Shown piece by piece: positions 11,457-21,270 of a stretch of 64,000 nt of DNA (the stretch's first letter is position 1; every line of letters begins with the position of its first letter). The DNA is taken from assembly GCF_006345805.1 (NCBI RefSeq), contig NC_043000.1, positions 27,714,001 through 27,778,000 of the forward strand, read 5' to 3'. This DNA is from Octopus sinensis (lineage: Eukaryota). Made by a program: the position numbers and the translations under genes. The notes beneath the pieces are model-generated. The model was not told the origin of the DNA. It searched no databases and was given only the letters and a program-made list of their open reading frames with translations.

Positions 11457-11800
11457 AAGAAGAAGAAGAAGAAGAAGAAGAAGAATAATGAGGAGAAAGT
11501 GTGGGAAAATTTGGGAGTGCCTTGGTTGTCGTATTTTGAATGGTCAGTGGCTGCTAGCAGTTGCAGTTCAATTCATGAGAATATTTCTATTGAAAGGTTT
11601 GTTTATAGAATTTGCGTAGGTGTTATACTGAAAAGCATTAGTGATAAAGTTAAGAAGTAGAAGGTGGAGCAGAAGAAGAAGAAGAAGAAGAAGAAGAGGA
11701 GAAGAAGAAGGGAGAAGAAGAAGAAGATGATGATGATGATGATGATGGTGGTGATGATGACGATGATGATGATGAAGAAGAGGAAGAAGAAGAAAGAGAA
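11290..11800. repeat. (GAA)n/(GGA)n/(GAT)n trinucleotide arrays in the PLE 3' UTR
   Basis: Read directly at 11290-11488 and 11670-11800. Confidence 0.95.
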
Positions 11801-12652
11801 GGGAGAATATGAATGAATGGAAGTAGTGCGGTGTTGTATGACTTGAAGTTGGCACGATATGGGTTACAGCTGTGATTGGGGCTGATTTGTAATGGATTCT
11901 TTGGAATGTAATATTTGCGTGTGTATTTGTGTTATTCTAATGCTCAGGTGTATATATCGTTTGTCGTAGACCTATTAAGAAGTGGCCAGTTTTTTGTAAT
12001 AAAGAGAGTTTCTTTACTTATTCGTTATCACGAGGTTGTATCGTCCCTGAATTGGTAGAGGGGGAAAATCCTGAAGCTTGGTGTTTTGTTGTTGGCGCAA
12101 GTACCTATGTGTTGGGGAATTTTTATCTGAGATCTGTGCAGGGCCATTCTTTTACGCAAACTATTTTTTGTTTGGCCTAAGTACTGCTCTTGACACCCAG
12201 AGCAGGTTAGTGTGTATATCAGTTTCTCCGAAGCACATGTGAAGTTGCTTTTCACTGTAAACCGTTGTCACTGTTTGAAGGAGAACTCTGATCCCTCAAT
12301 TAGATAATCGCATATCCCGCAATTGGGTCTTCCACATTTTTTTACTGTCGGCTTCTGTGTTGAAGAGTGTATTCGGGCTTGTATTAGGAGACTTTTCATA
12401 GATTTAGGATGTCTCTTGCTTTCTATGATCGTGTGTTTCGAGGATTGTGTTCATTCTGTGGTCTTTTTTTAGGAGGGGTATGTTTTGGAGGATGGTGTCG
12501 AAGGCTTCATTGTTGAGAGGGTTGTGTGTCGAGATGTATGGTAAGGCTTTTGGTCGCAAATTTGTCTTTGATTCGGGATGTCTCAGTTCCTGGATGTTGA
12601 GTTGAAGGACACGTTGAATGCATATGTCAATAAGTGAATGTGGGTAGTTCCT

Positions 12653-13258
12653 GTGAAGGAGCATTTTGTACGACGCACTGACGAATTTTTTAGGTCATCG
12701 CCGGGCTTTGAAACTTCTAATGGGGTGGATTGATAGAATACTAACAATGTCATTAAGAACTCTGAGAAATATATAATCCACTACTCTCTTTTGTTAATTC
12801 TCTGGGCTCGGATGTATACGGGAAATCAATAATAATTGTGAAAAGCCTAAGTACTACTATAAACGCATGAACGCAGTGAGTTATAAAATGTTGCAGACAA
12901 AATTAAACAAGTGCTTTGAAGAGATAATCCATAAGGTAGGGTGCTGCAGTCATGGAACATTAATTGCATTGGGCAAGTATTCATGGCAACTGCTTATAAG
13001 GTTCACCAAAATTGGTATACCACAGTGGAAAACATATAATAATTCACTAGGTGAGCGTCTTACAATCGTCAGGCGTCGCCGCCGTTCGCGTTGCGGTAGT
13101 AGCGCGTCCACCTCCCGGTCGTTTCGGCCCGCACGGTTCCTCCGAGGGTGCTCTTCGCCGAGTGTCCGAGGCGGCCGGTACGTTCACTGTGAAAAAAATT
13201 AGAGTGCTCAGAGCGAGCCCCGCCGGCTTGCATACATTTCGGACTCTGGTACAGGAAT
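12653..13258. repeat. Unclassified ~0.6 kb duplicated segment with a CpG-rich end, copy 1
   Basis: Highly similar to 15211-15789 from TGTGAAGGAG to GGTACAGGAAT. Confidence 0.9.
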
Positions 13259-13454
13259 ATATATATATATATATACAGAGCGAGAGAGAGAGAGAGAGAT
13301 GTGTTTGTGTGTTTGTATGTGTGTGAGGGGAGGCTGTGTGTGTGTGTAAAACTTTTCACTTTTACTTCTTGCATCTATTGGACTGCGGATACGATGTGTT
13401 GACCCCTTGAAGGATTTGTGTTGAACTAATCGACCTCAGTTCTTTTTCAAAACC

Positions 13455-13868
13455 TAGTACCTGTTTGTCTCCTCTATGTTTAGCCCCTTGTGGCTAATAA
13501 AGAAACAGGTATTTCGTTTGTCTTTATGTTCTGAGTTCCAATTCCGCCCAGGCCCACTTTGCCTTTCATCCTTTCGGGGTCGATTAAATAAGTACCAGTC
13601 ACGCACTGGGGTCGATATAATCGACTTAATCCGTTTGTCTGTCCTTGTTTGTCCTCTCTGTCTTTGGTCCCCCGTGGGTAGTAAAGAAATAGGTATTTTG
13701 TCTGTTTTCATGTTTTAATTTCAAATTCCGTCGAGGTTGATTGTGTTTCTCAGCCTTTCGGGATCGATAAATTAAGTAACAGTTGTGTACTCGGGTAGAT
13801 CTAATCAACTGGTCCCTTCCCTCCCAAAATTTCGGGCCTTGTACCTAGAGCAGAAAAGAATATTTGTT
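13455..13868 (+). mobile_element. Head-to-tail array of tRNA-derived SINE family A units
   Basis: A tail, then a headless unit with the same tail, then a headless unit with an alternative tail. The body carries a B-box-like GTTC(A/C)AATTCC and the central CCTTTCATCCTTTCGGGGTCGAT motif. Confidence 0.85.
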
Positions 13869-13885
13869 ATTTTCAAAGGCGTCAA

Positions 13886-14200
13886 GCTGGCAGAAACGTT
13901 AGCACGCCAGGCGAAATACTTAATGTTAGCACGCCAGGGATACGCGGTCGAGGGACCACAGGTTCAAATCTCAGACCGTGCGATGTGTGTGTTTATGAGC
14001 GAAACACCTAAGCTCCATGCGGCTCCGGCAGAAGGCAAAGGTGAACTTCTAATGACTCTCACCACAACTTTCTCTCACTCTTTCATCCTGCATCTAGCAT
14101 CTCACCTGCGACAGACCGGCGTCACGTCCAGGCGGGGAACATATCCGCCAATGAAACTGGGAAACCGGCCCTTATGAGCCAGGCATGGCTCGAGAAAAAT
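13886..14200 (+). mobile_element. Chimeric SINE: family A head, family B body and a V-domain-like 3' part
   Basis: CTGGCAGAAACGTTAGCACGCC head (partly duplicated), GAGCGAAACACCTAAGCTCC body as at 29374, and CCTGCGACAGACCGGCGTCACGTCCAGG as at 45240 and 62123. Confidence 0.7.
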
Positions 14201-14237
14201 AAACATATAGATACACACGCACACACACACATATGTA

Positions 14238-14402
14238 TACGATGAGCTTCTTTCAGTTTTCGTCTTGCAAATCCACTGAGAGAGCTTTGGTCGGCCCCAG
14301 GTTATATTAGAATACAGCTGTCTAAGTTGCTACGCAGTGGGATTGAACCCGGAACCATGTAGTTTGCAAGCATTCTTCTTACCTCACATATACACCTAGA
14401 CC
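14238..14402 (-). mobile_element. SINE family C, 5' half
   Basis: Degenerate match to the complete copies at 27741-28142 and 50362-50740. Confidence 0.75.
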
Positions 14403-15210
14403 TATGTTTGTTTACTCTCATCTACGTAAGATCAACACGTGTGAGTTATATTCATGGCGGGTAGTAGTGACTTGAAAACGTTGTAACATTTCTAGTAAGC
14501 CAGAGAAATTAATTAAGAAAATAAATAATTTTTACCTATAACTATACCAAATATTAGTCACAATTCCTCAAGTTTTGATCTCGAAGAACAGAATAAGAAA
14601 GTAATCGAGAAAGACTTTCAACCAAACATATATACACAATGAGGAAAAATTTCCATGTTAGAAAACATGGACCATAACCGAAAACCTTAGTGTACAAAAG
14701 CTTTCTTCTCTGTCAAATTGATACCCTCGGGTATTAACACGGAATCTAAGTATTATCTCTGAATCCGCTTACAAAATCTGGCGTAAAGCAATCCAGAGAG
14801 TCAATCAGAAATAAAAAAAAACTAAAAGCTATCAAATGCATGAAGTGACATTCTAAATATCCACCGGGTACATTTATCTGAACGGGATAATATAAAAAGA
14901 GAAACACGAAGCCAACGTAATACAATCTAATCCATACGGAAACAGAACACAACAGGAAGCAGAGAACACTGCAGAATAAAATATACACAACCAACTCTAG
15001 AAACAAAAGGGGTGATCTACATAAATTAAGAACTCAGTTTCTAATAACTCTGAGCAATTCTAATTTTGGCGTAAGATCAGAGATTTTGGAATGAAGGAGC
15101 AAGTGGATTACGAGGTCGCCTAGTACTTTATTTTATCGCTTCTGAAAGGAGGAAATGCAAAGCTAACCTCGCTCGGATGTAAGCTCAGAGAGAAAGGAAC
15201 CGATAGAAAT

Positions 15211-15789
15211 GTGAAGGAGCATTTTGTACGACGCACTGACGATTGTTTTAGGTCATCGCCGGGCTTTGGAACTTCTAATGGGGTGGATTGATAGAATACT
15301 AACAATGTCATTAAGAACTCTGAGAAATATATAATCCACTACTCTCTTTTGTTAATTCTCTGGGCTCGGATGTATACGGGAAATCAATAATAATTGTGAA
15401 AAGCCTAAGTACTACTATAAACGCATGAACACAGTGAGTTATAAAATGTTGCAGACAAAATTAAACAAGTGCTTTGAAGAGATAATCCATAAAGTAGGGT
15501 GTTGCAGTCATGGAACATTGATTGCACGGGGAAAGTATTCATGGCAACTGCTTATAAGGTTCACCAAAATTGGTATACCACAGTGGAAAACATATAATAA
15601 TTCATTAGGTGAGCGTCTTACAATCGTAGGCGTCGTCGCCGTTCGCGTTGCGGTAGTAGCGCGTCCACCTCCCGGTCGTTTCGGCCCGCACGGTTCCTCC
15701 GAGGGTGCTCTTCGCCGAGTGTCCGAGGCGGCCGGTACGTTCACTGTGAAAAAATTAGAGTGCATACATTTCGGACTCTGGTACAGGAA
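15211..15789. repeat. Unclassified ~0.6 kb duplicated segment, copy 2
   Basis: Matches 12653-13258 but lacks a 24-bp stretch bounded by TGC microhomology. Confidence 0.9.
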
Positions 15790-16249
15790 TCCAAGGGAAT
15801 TCATCGGCAGTAATTTTATCCTCTGTGTTTCTTGCTCCATTAAGTTCAGAAGTTCACATTTAAAGTGTTATGCAATTGGCTACAAGTTTGGAGAAACTAC
15901 AGTCTACCACTTAGTTTAAATGGACAGCATCATTTCATACGCAAGTTGAAAATCTTTTCCACAATGAAGAACATGTAAACTAAGATAAAAGTATCTTTGG
16001 TTGCATAAATACGACATGGCTAATTAGCAATGATTAAGTTGGATATGATGGTCAATTCTAATAATGACTATGGCTAGATATTAAAAGAATAAAGAAATAT
16101 ATGATGTGTATAGATATTTGTGGGCTAAAATGTATTTTAAATATAATAGAAACCACAAAATAAACAAAATATGGCTGTAGCGAAGATGTACAGAGTTGAA
16201 ATTGCCCATTGTAGGAAAGTAAGCAATCAATACAATACCGCTACGAGCC

Positions 16250-16590
16250 CCCCTTCGGCCATGACTGACCATGGCATTGCACTTAGAAAGTTACCCTCTC
16301 AGGCACAAGTCCGGGCAAGCTTGTTTATGGAAGACCAGCAGTCGCCCATTCATATCAGCCTCCACTCTCCACGCCCCCAGTGTTATCCAAGGGAAAGGCA
16401 AAGACCGATACAGCTTGTAACCAGTGATATCGGAACTTATTTCTACAGATGAATGAACTGGAGCAACGTGAAATAAAGTGTGTTGCTCACAAACGTAACA
16501 CGCAACCCGGTCCGGGAATCGAACTCACAACCTCACGATCGCAAGCTAGACGAGCTAGACGCTCTAACCACTGAGCCATGCGCCTTCACT
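16250..16590 (-). mobile_element. tRNA-derived SINE with a CORE-like centre
   Basis: Minus head GGCGCATGGCTCAGTGGTTAGAGC (A box) ... GAGTTCGATTCCC (B box), then GAGCAACACACTTTATTTCACGTTGCTCCAG, which is shared with 62123. Confidence 0.8.
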
Positions 16591-16844
16591 ACAATACCAC
16601 TAAGTAGTCATAATTGTGTCTAATCTAAGTAACTGATCTGAAATTTTTGTAGGTGGTGATTACTCTATTAAATACACTACAGTGCTGGAATGGTCCTTTA
16701 TTTTGAGAGCCTGGAAAGGGTGAAATGCAATAATATTTGAACACGGCTTTAAAGAACCAGAAGAAATCCTGTAAAACATCTTGTCTGACATGCTGATGAT
16801 CTGCCCGTCCATCACACTGCGTAATAATCCTTTCTGTTATAAAC

Positions 16845-17445
16845 GCAAGGCCTGGAGTTTTACAGGAGGGAGCTAGTCGATTACAATAAGTACCAGTCTG
16901 TAACTGGTACTTATTTTATCGATCCTGATAGGATGAAAGCAAAGTCGACATCGGTGGAATTTGAGCTCAGATCGTAAGGACGGACGAAATGCCGCTAAAC
17001 ATGTTTTCCGCCGTGTTGACGATTTTTCAAGCTAACCGCCTTCACACAGAGTAATAATAATGTTTCTAGTTTAGATACAAGACGGGAGAGATATTAGATG
17101 GAATAGCCAAACCGCAAAGTATCTAAAATAAAATTTGACATCGGTAGAATTTGAACTCGCTACGTAAAGAGCTAGGAGATACTCTGCAATGCATTTAATC
17201 CGATTCCGTGAATTTATCAAAATGAGTAATGATAATAACAATGATATCAAATTATGGTGCAAGTCCAGCAATTTTGGGTGAGGTTATAAACCCGTTATCT
17301 CGAACAAGTGTTTATTGACAAGGAAGGGAAGAAAAGCAAAGTTGACATCGGCGGAATTTGAACTCGGTACGTAAAGACCCGGGAAATACAACGTAAGGCA
17401 ATTGATCCGACTCCCTAACGACTCCGTGAAACCACGAAACTGAGT
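16845..17445 (-). mobile_element. Degenerate SINE family A copies (about 16845-17045, 17135-17215, 17265-17445)
   Basis: Repeated AAAGT(C/T)GACATCGG(T/C)(G/A)GAATTTGA(G/A)CTC, the reverse complement of the family A B-box region. Confidence 0.75.
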
Positions 17446-18054
17446 AATGATAATATTAATGATAAACAAGTGGAAATGCTGCTACATATATTACGCGGAT
17501 TCAGTAGATATATTGACATAAAATTCCGTTTATATAAATGCTCTAAGGGAACCTTGCAGAGAGAAAAATCAATACGACCACCACTGATATCATGTTAGAT
17601 AAAGAACCCGAGATAAGAGACTTTTAGAGCAAACACGGCTTTATGAATACAATAAAGAGTAGGAATTAAGGAACAATGCACAGAGCAGCATACATCAATG
17701 AAAACATATGTTAGCAAGGGATACTCTTATACGTATTAGATTAATATTTAAAACCGAGTGAATACCCAATATGAGGTAATATGCCTCGGTAAGGCAATAT
17801 GCCTCTAGTTTTTCTTGCAATAGGTTATAGATATGATATTCTCAAAAGGAATTTTAAGAAATTGGGAAGATTAGTTTGGAGAAAAAGAAGAAAAGTATAA
17901 TACCACAGAAAATCTGATACTGAAATAATATATTTGCCACAAATAAAAGAAATTAATGGCACGCTTTTACGTAGAAAGTTTTTGTGAAATATCTTATGCT
18001 GGACTTCAAAAATATTTAGTGATGTGTAACGTGAAACTAATATAAGTGAAATAG

Positions 18055-18641
18055 AGGCAGCGAGCTGGCAGAAACGTTAGCACGCCGGGCGAAATGCTAA
18101 GCTGTATTTCGTCTAACGTTGCGTTCTCAGTTCAAATTCTGCCGAGGTCAACTTTGCCTTTCATCCTTTCGAGGCCGATAAATTAAGAACCAGTTATGCA
18201 CTGGCGTCGATGTAATCGACTTAATCCATTTGTCTGTCCTTGTTTGTCCTCTGTGTTTAGCCCCTTGTGGGTAGTAAAGAAATAGGTATTTCGTCTGTCT
18301 TTACGTTGTGAGTTCAAATTCCGCCGAGGTCGACTTTGTCTTTCATCCTTTCGGGGTCGATTGATTAAGTACCAGTTACGCACTGAGGTCGATATAATCG
18401 ACTTAATCCGTTTGTCTGTCCTTGTTTGTCTCCTCTGTGTTTAGCCCCTTGTGGGTAGTAAAGAAATAGGTATTTTGTCTGCCACTACCTTCTGAGTTCA
18501 AATTCCGCCAAGGTCGACTTTGCTTTTTATCCTTTCGGGGTCGATTAAATAAGTACGTGTTGCGTACTGGGATCGATATAATCAACTGGCCCCATCGCCC
18601 ACCCGAATTTCGGGCCTTGTGCCTAGAGTAGAAAAGAATAT
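18055..18641 (+). mobile_element. Three-unit SINE family A array
   Basis: One head, then junctions AAAGAAATA|GGTATTT at 18284/18285 and 18468/18469. The last unit ends in the alternative tail GGCCTTGTGCCTAGAGTAGAAAAGAAT. Confidence 0.9.
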
Positions 18642-18831
18642 AAGTAAAATAGAAGACATAGACATAGGCATAGCTGTGTGCATAAGAAGCTCGCTTCGGA
18701 GTAATGTGGTTTGTATCCAGTCCCACTTTGCGGTAGCTTGAGTGAATGTTTTTCCACTGGTCGACCAATGCCATGTGAGTAGATTTTACAGAGAGAGGCA
18801 ATGTGGTGGCCAGTCGTACACACACACACAC

Positions 18832-18862
<31 letters not shown>

Positions 18863-19964
18863 CACACACACATATATACATGTAATATAGGAATGGTCTA
18901 TACATACATACGCGTACACACACATACATACATTTGTTCCGCAAAGATTGAAAGAGAAGGTACCAGACTTAATAAAATATATGCATAAAGTTGATTTCTT
19001 CGATTAAACCTTTCTTTATCAGTGACCCATCATGACCTCACTTGAATGGTGAAACCAGTAGGAAATAAATCGAAAACGATAAACTTCCGTCTTGAAGGGC
19101 TCCCACAAAACTGGCTATGAAAACAGAAAAATAAATATAAGATGTTAGTAGAAAAATGGAAATAATCAGACAATGACGCGGCAAGACAATCACACAGCAT
19201 CCTATAGATGATACACAGTTGCATATCTAAATGCATCCTCTAGTCATCATTTATGAATAGATGCCATATTTCGGACACAGTAAATTTCTTTGTCGGACCT
19301 TGACAGACAGACAAATAACCGTTCTCCACATATCTGCAACATTATAATTTACCTGAGGGATAGGTAAAAATATCAATGTCATAAGAATAGTGAGGAGAAA
19401 ATAGGGTTGTCAATATCAGGGTATGTTTCAGCAAGATGTTGATTAAATGTAGAAAAAGAAATATTTTAAGTTGAAGAATTATTGTGATGTTCGAAAAACA
19501 AAAAATTGGATAACAGTAAATGATTTGAGAAAATGTCATCTTACCAGTTCCATAAATGATGAGAAATTCTGAATTAAGTTTTGACGGAGAGGAAAAAGAC
19601 TGATTAAATGAAAATGAAGTATATAAGAAAGTAGTCGTGGCTTTTTGCCCTTCACTATGAGACTGTTTTTCCTATTGAGGGTTATAAGGTTTTGGAGTTA
19701 CACACAGCAGATCTTTCATTGCAAATATGGAGGTATTAAGGTTTTGCGATAATGAAATACATCACTTCAGTAGTGTGACGGAAAATATAGTATAGGTGGG
19801 AACAGTTGTGATTCCCTGATCCACAACATGGATCAGCCCTCTGATGAAATATCTTATAGTCGACGTCATCGTTTTCATTGATCACCAGTCGGTGAACGTC
19901 ATGACTTGAGGCATCGTTTTCATCTTCTTTCTATTATTTTTTTCTTTCCACTTTCATTTATTTA

Positions 19965-20341
19965 CTATTAGTATCGACCGGCGTTGCTTGGGTTTGTTTC
20001 GACCCTTTAGAATTGGAATTTTTGAAAACTAAAAATTTTGCATTATGTAGCTTGTTATTCTCTTTAAGTGTATATTTTTCTGGTTGAAATACACCGAAAA
20101 ATTGCGACACAGCGGCCGGAAAATCGTTAAAAAATAGGGCTTTTCATAGAAAAAAAGCACCCTTTTGATGTTAACATGGTCCGATTTGAATTTTTTCTTC
20201 TACAGAATGAGGAGGAAGCCTTCTTCTATCATACTCTCGATTTTGGTCAACTTGCGCCGCAGTGTCTCGAAGGAGATAGTGTTAATTGAAGGCTACCAAA
20301 CCTGCCATACACAGACAACTTCAGCTTTATATAAAGAGAGA
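19965..20341 (-). mobile_element. Non-autonomous Helitron
   Basis: Minus strand starts A|TCTCTCTTTATATAAAGC and ends CCCAAGCAACGCCGGTCGATACTAATAG|T (hairpin plus a degenerate CTAG). Confidence 0.7.
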
Positions 20342-20919
20342 TTAATGTAGCCGTTGCTAAGTGATCGCCAAATGTGATGGACAAACTATTATATAAAACT
20401 GCAAAGTAAGTAGGTATCGCATGTGTGAAAAAGTAGACAGAACTATTATCATGAAATTATGTAAATGTAGAAAGATTGGAGAGAATAAAATAAGCAGAAA
20501 AAAGGACGTAGAAAAATACATTTGGAATTTAGCTGGAAGTTTGATTTCATAAGAGAAGAAAAACGATACGGACATCAGTCACTAAACGTTATTGAAATTG
20601 ACTGATATAAATCCAGCGGTATTTCTTGGTGCAAACTGATCAAGCAATAAAGAAACAAAGAAGCGATATGATCATATCACAGAAATATAAAAAGAAAAGT
20701 TAGGTGACATTATAGATTGTGTTATAATCTATATAATATGATAATATGTAGCACATTAAAAGATAGTTAAACCAAACGATGCAGTTAAGCTTGAAAATTA
20801 GCTGAACTTAGCCAGCTAAATCTGTAACAGAGAAACGTCTGAGACATACTTACGAATATACATTATTCTTGTTGTCTGTCACTTCACAGATTTTACCTCT
20901 TCCATCAAATATCAAATGA

Positions 20920-21212
20920 TGATAATAATAATAACAACAACAACAACACCAACAACAATAATAATAATAATAATAACAACAACAACAACAACAACAACAA
21001 TAATAATAATAATAATGATAAATTGGTTTCAAATTTTAGCGCAGTGCCAGCAGTTGTTTTAAGGGAAGGAGAGGTTGATTAAAGCGACCTCAGTGCTCGA
21101 CTGGTACTTATTTAATTGGGCCACAAAAGAGGAATGACAAAGTCAACGTCCGCGGAATTTGAACTCAGAAGTTAATGACAGACAGAATGCAATAATAATA
21201 ACAACAACAGCA

Positions 21213-21268
<56 letters not shown>
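20920..21268. repeat. (TAA)n/(CAA)n arrays flanking a degenerate minus-strand SINE A (about 21020-21190)
   Basis: Read directly; SINE motif GGAATTTGAACTCAGAAG at about 21155. Confidence 0.85.

Positions 21269-21269
<1 letters not shown>

Positions 21270-21270
<1 letters not shown>

Larger units (their letters stand above)
11010..12664 (-). mobile_element. Penelope-like element, 5'-truncated: RT thumb, GIY-YIG endonuclease, 3' UTR and pLTR
   Basis: LLHRNYPHSLIDICIQR..ALPYISTHNP (12404-12664) and FTCASEKLIYTLTCSGCQEQYLGQTKNSLRKRMALHRSQI (12028-12255). A hammerhead fold lies downstream at 11094-11142, followed by (TA)n. Confidence 0.88.

Noticed and set aside
12685-12725. CTGACGA...GAAACTTC hammerhead-like spacing
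   Set aside because: There is no helix I or II pairing, and GAAA is not conserved in the second copy (GGAAC).
12870-13070. Faint resemblance of the duplicated ORF to an AMP-binding enzyme N-terminus
   Set aside because: Only scattered residues match, there are no diagnostic motifs, and it cannot be supported without a search.
13060-13250. GC-rich stretch considered as an rRNA fragment or HDV-like ribozyme
   Set aside because: No conserved rRNA motif was recognised and no consistent P1/P2/P3 pseudoknot could be built.
14560-15010. Possible ancient LINE coding remnant (also 17500-17950)
   Set aside because: It is purine-rich and coding-like, but no unambiguous RT or endonuclease motif could be read.
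18055-18641. Regularly spaced repeats resembling a CRISPR array
   Set aside because: The units are ~180-bp SINE bodies without unique spacers, the context is eukaryotic and there are no cas genes.
19770-19910. Minus-strand peptide YKIFHQRADPCCGSGNHNCSHLY resembling an LDL-receptor-family EGF junction
   Set aside because: It is short, the key cysteine spacing is wrong, and there are no neighbouring exons or clear splice sites.
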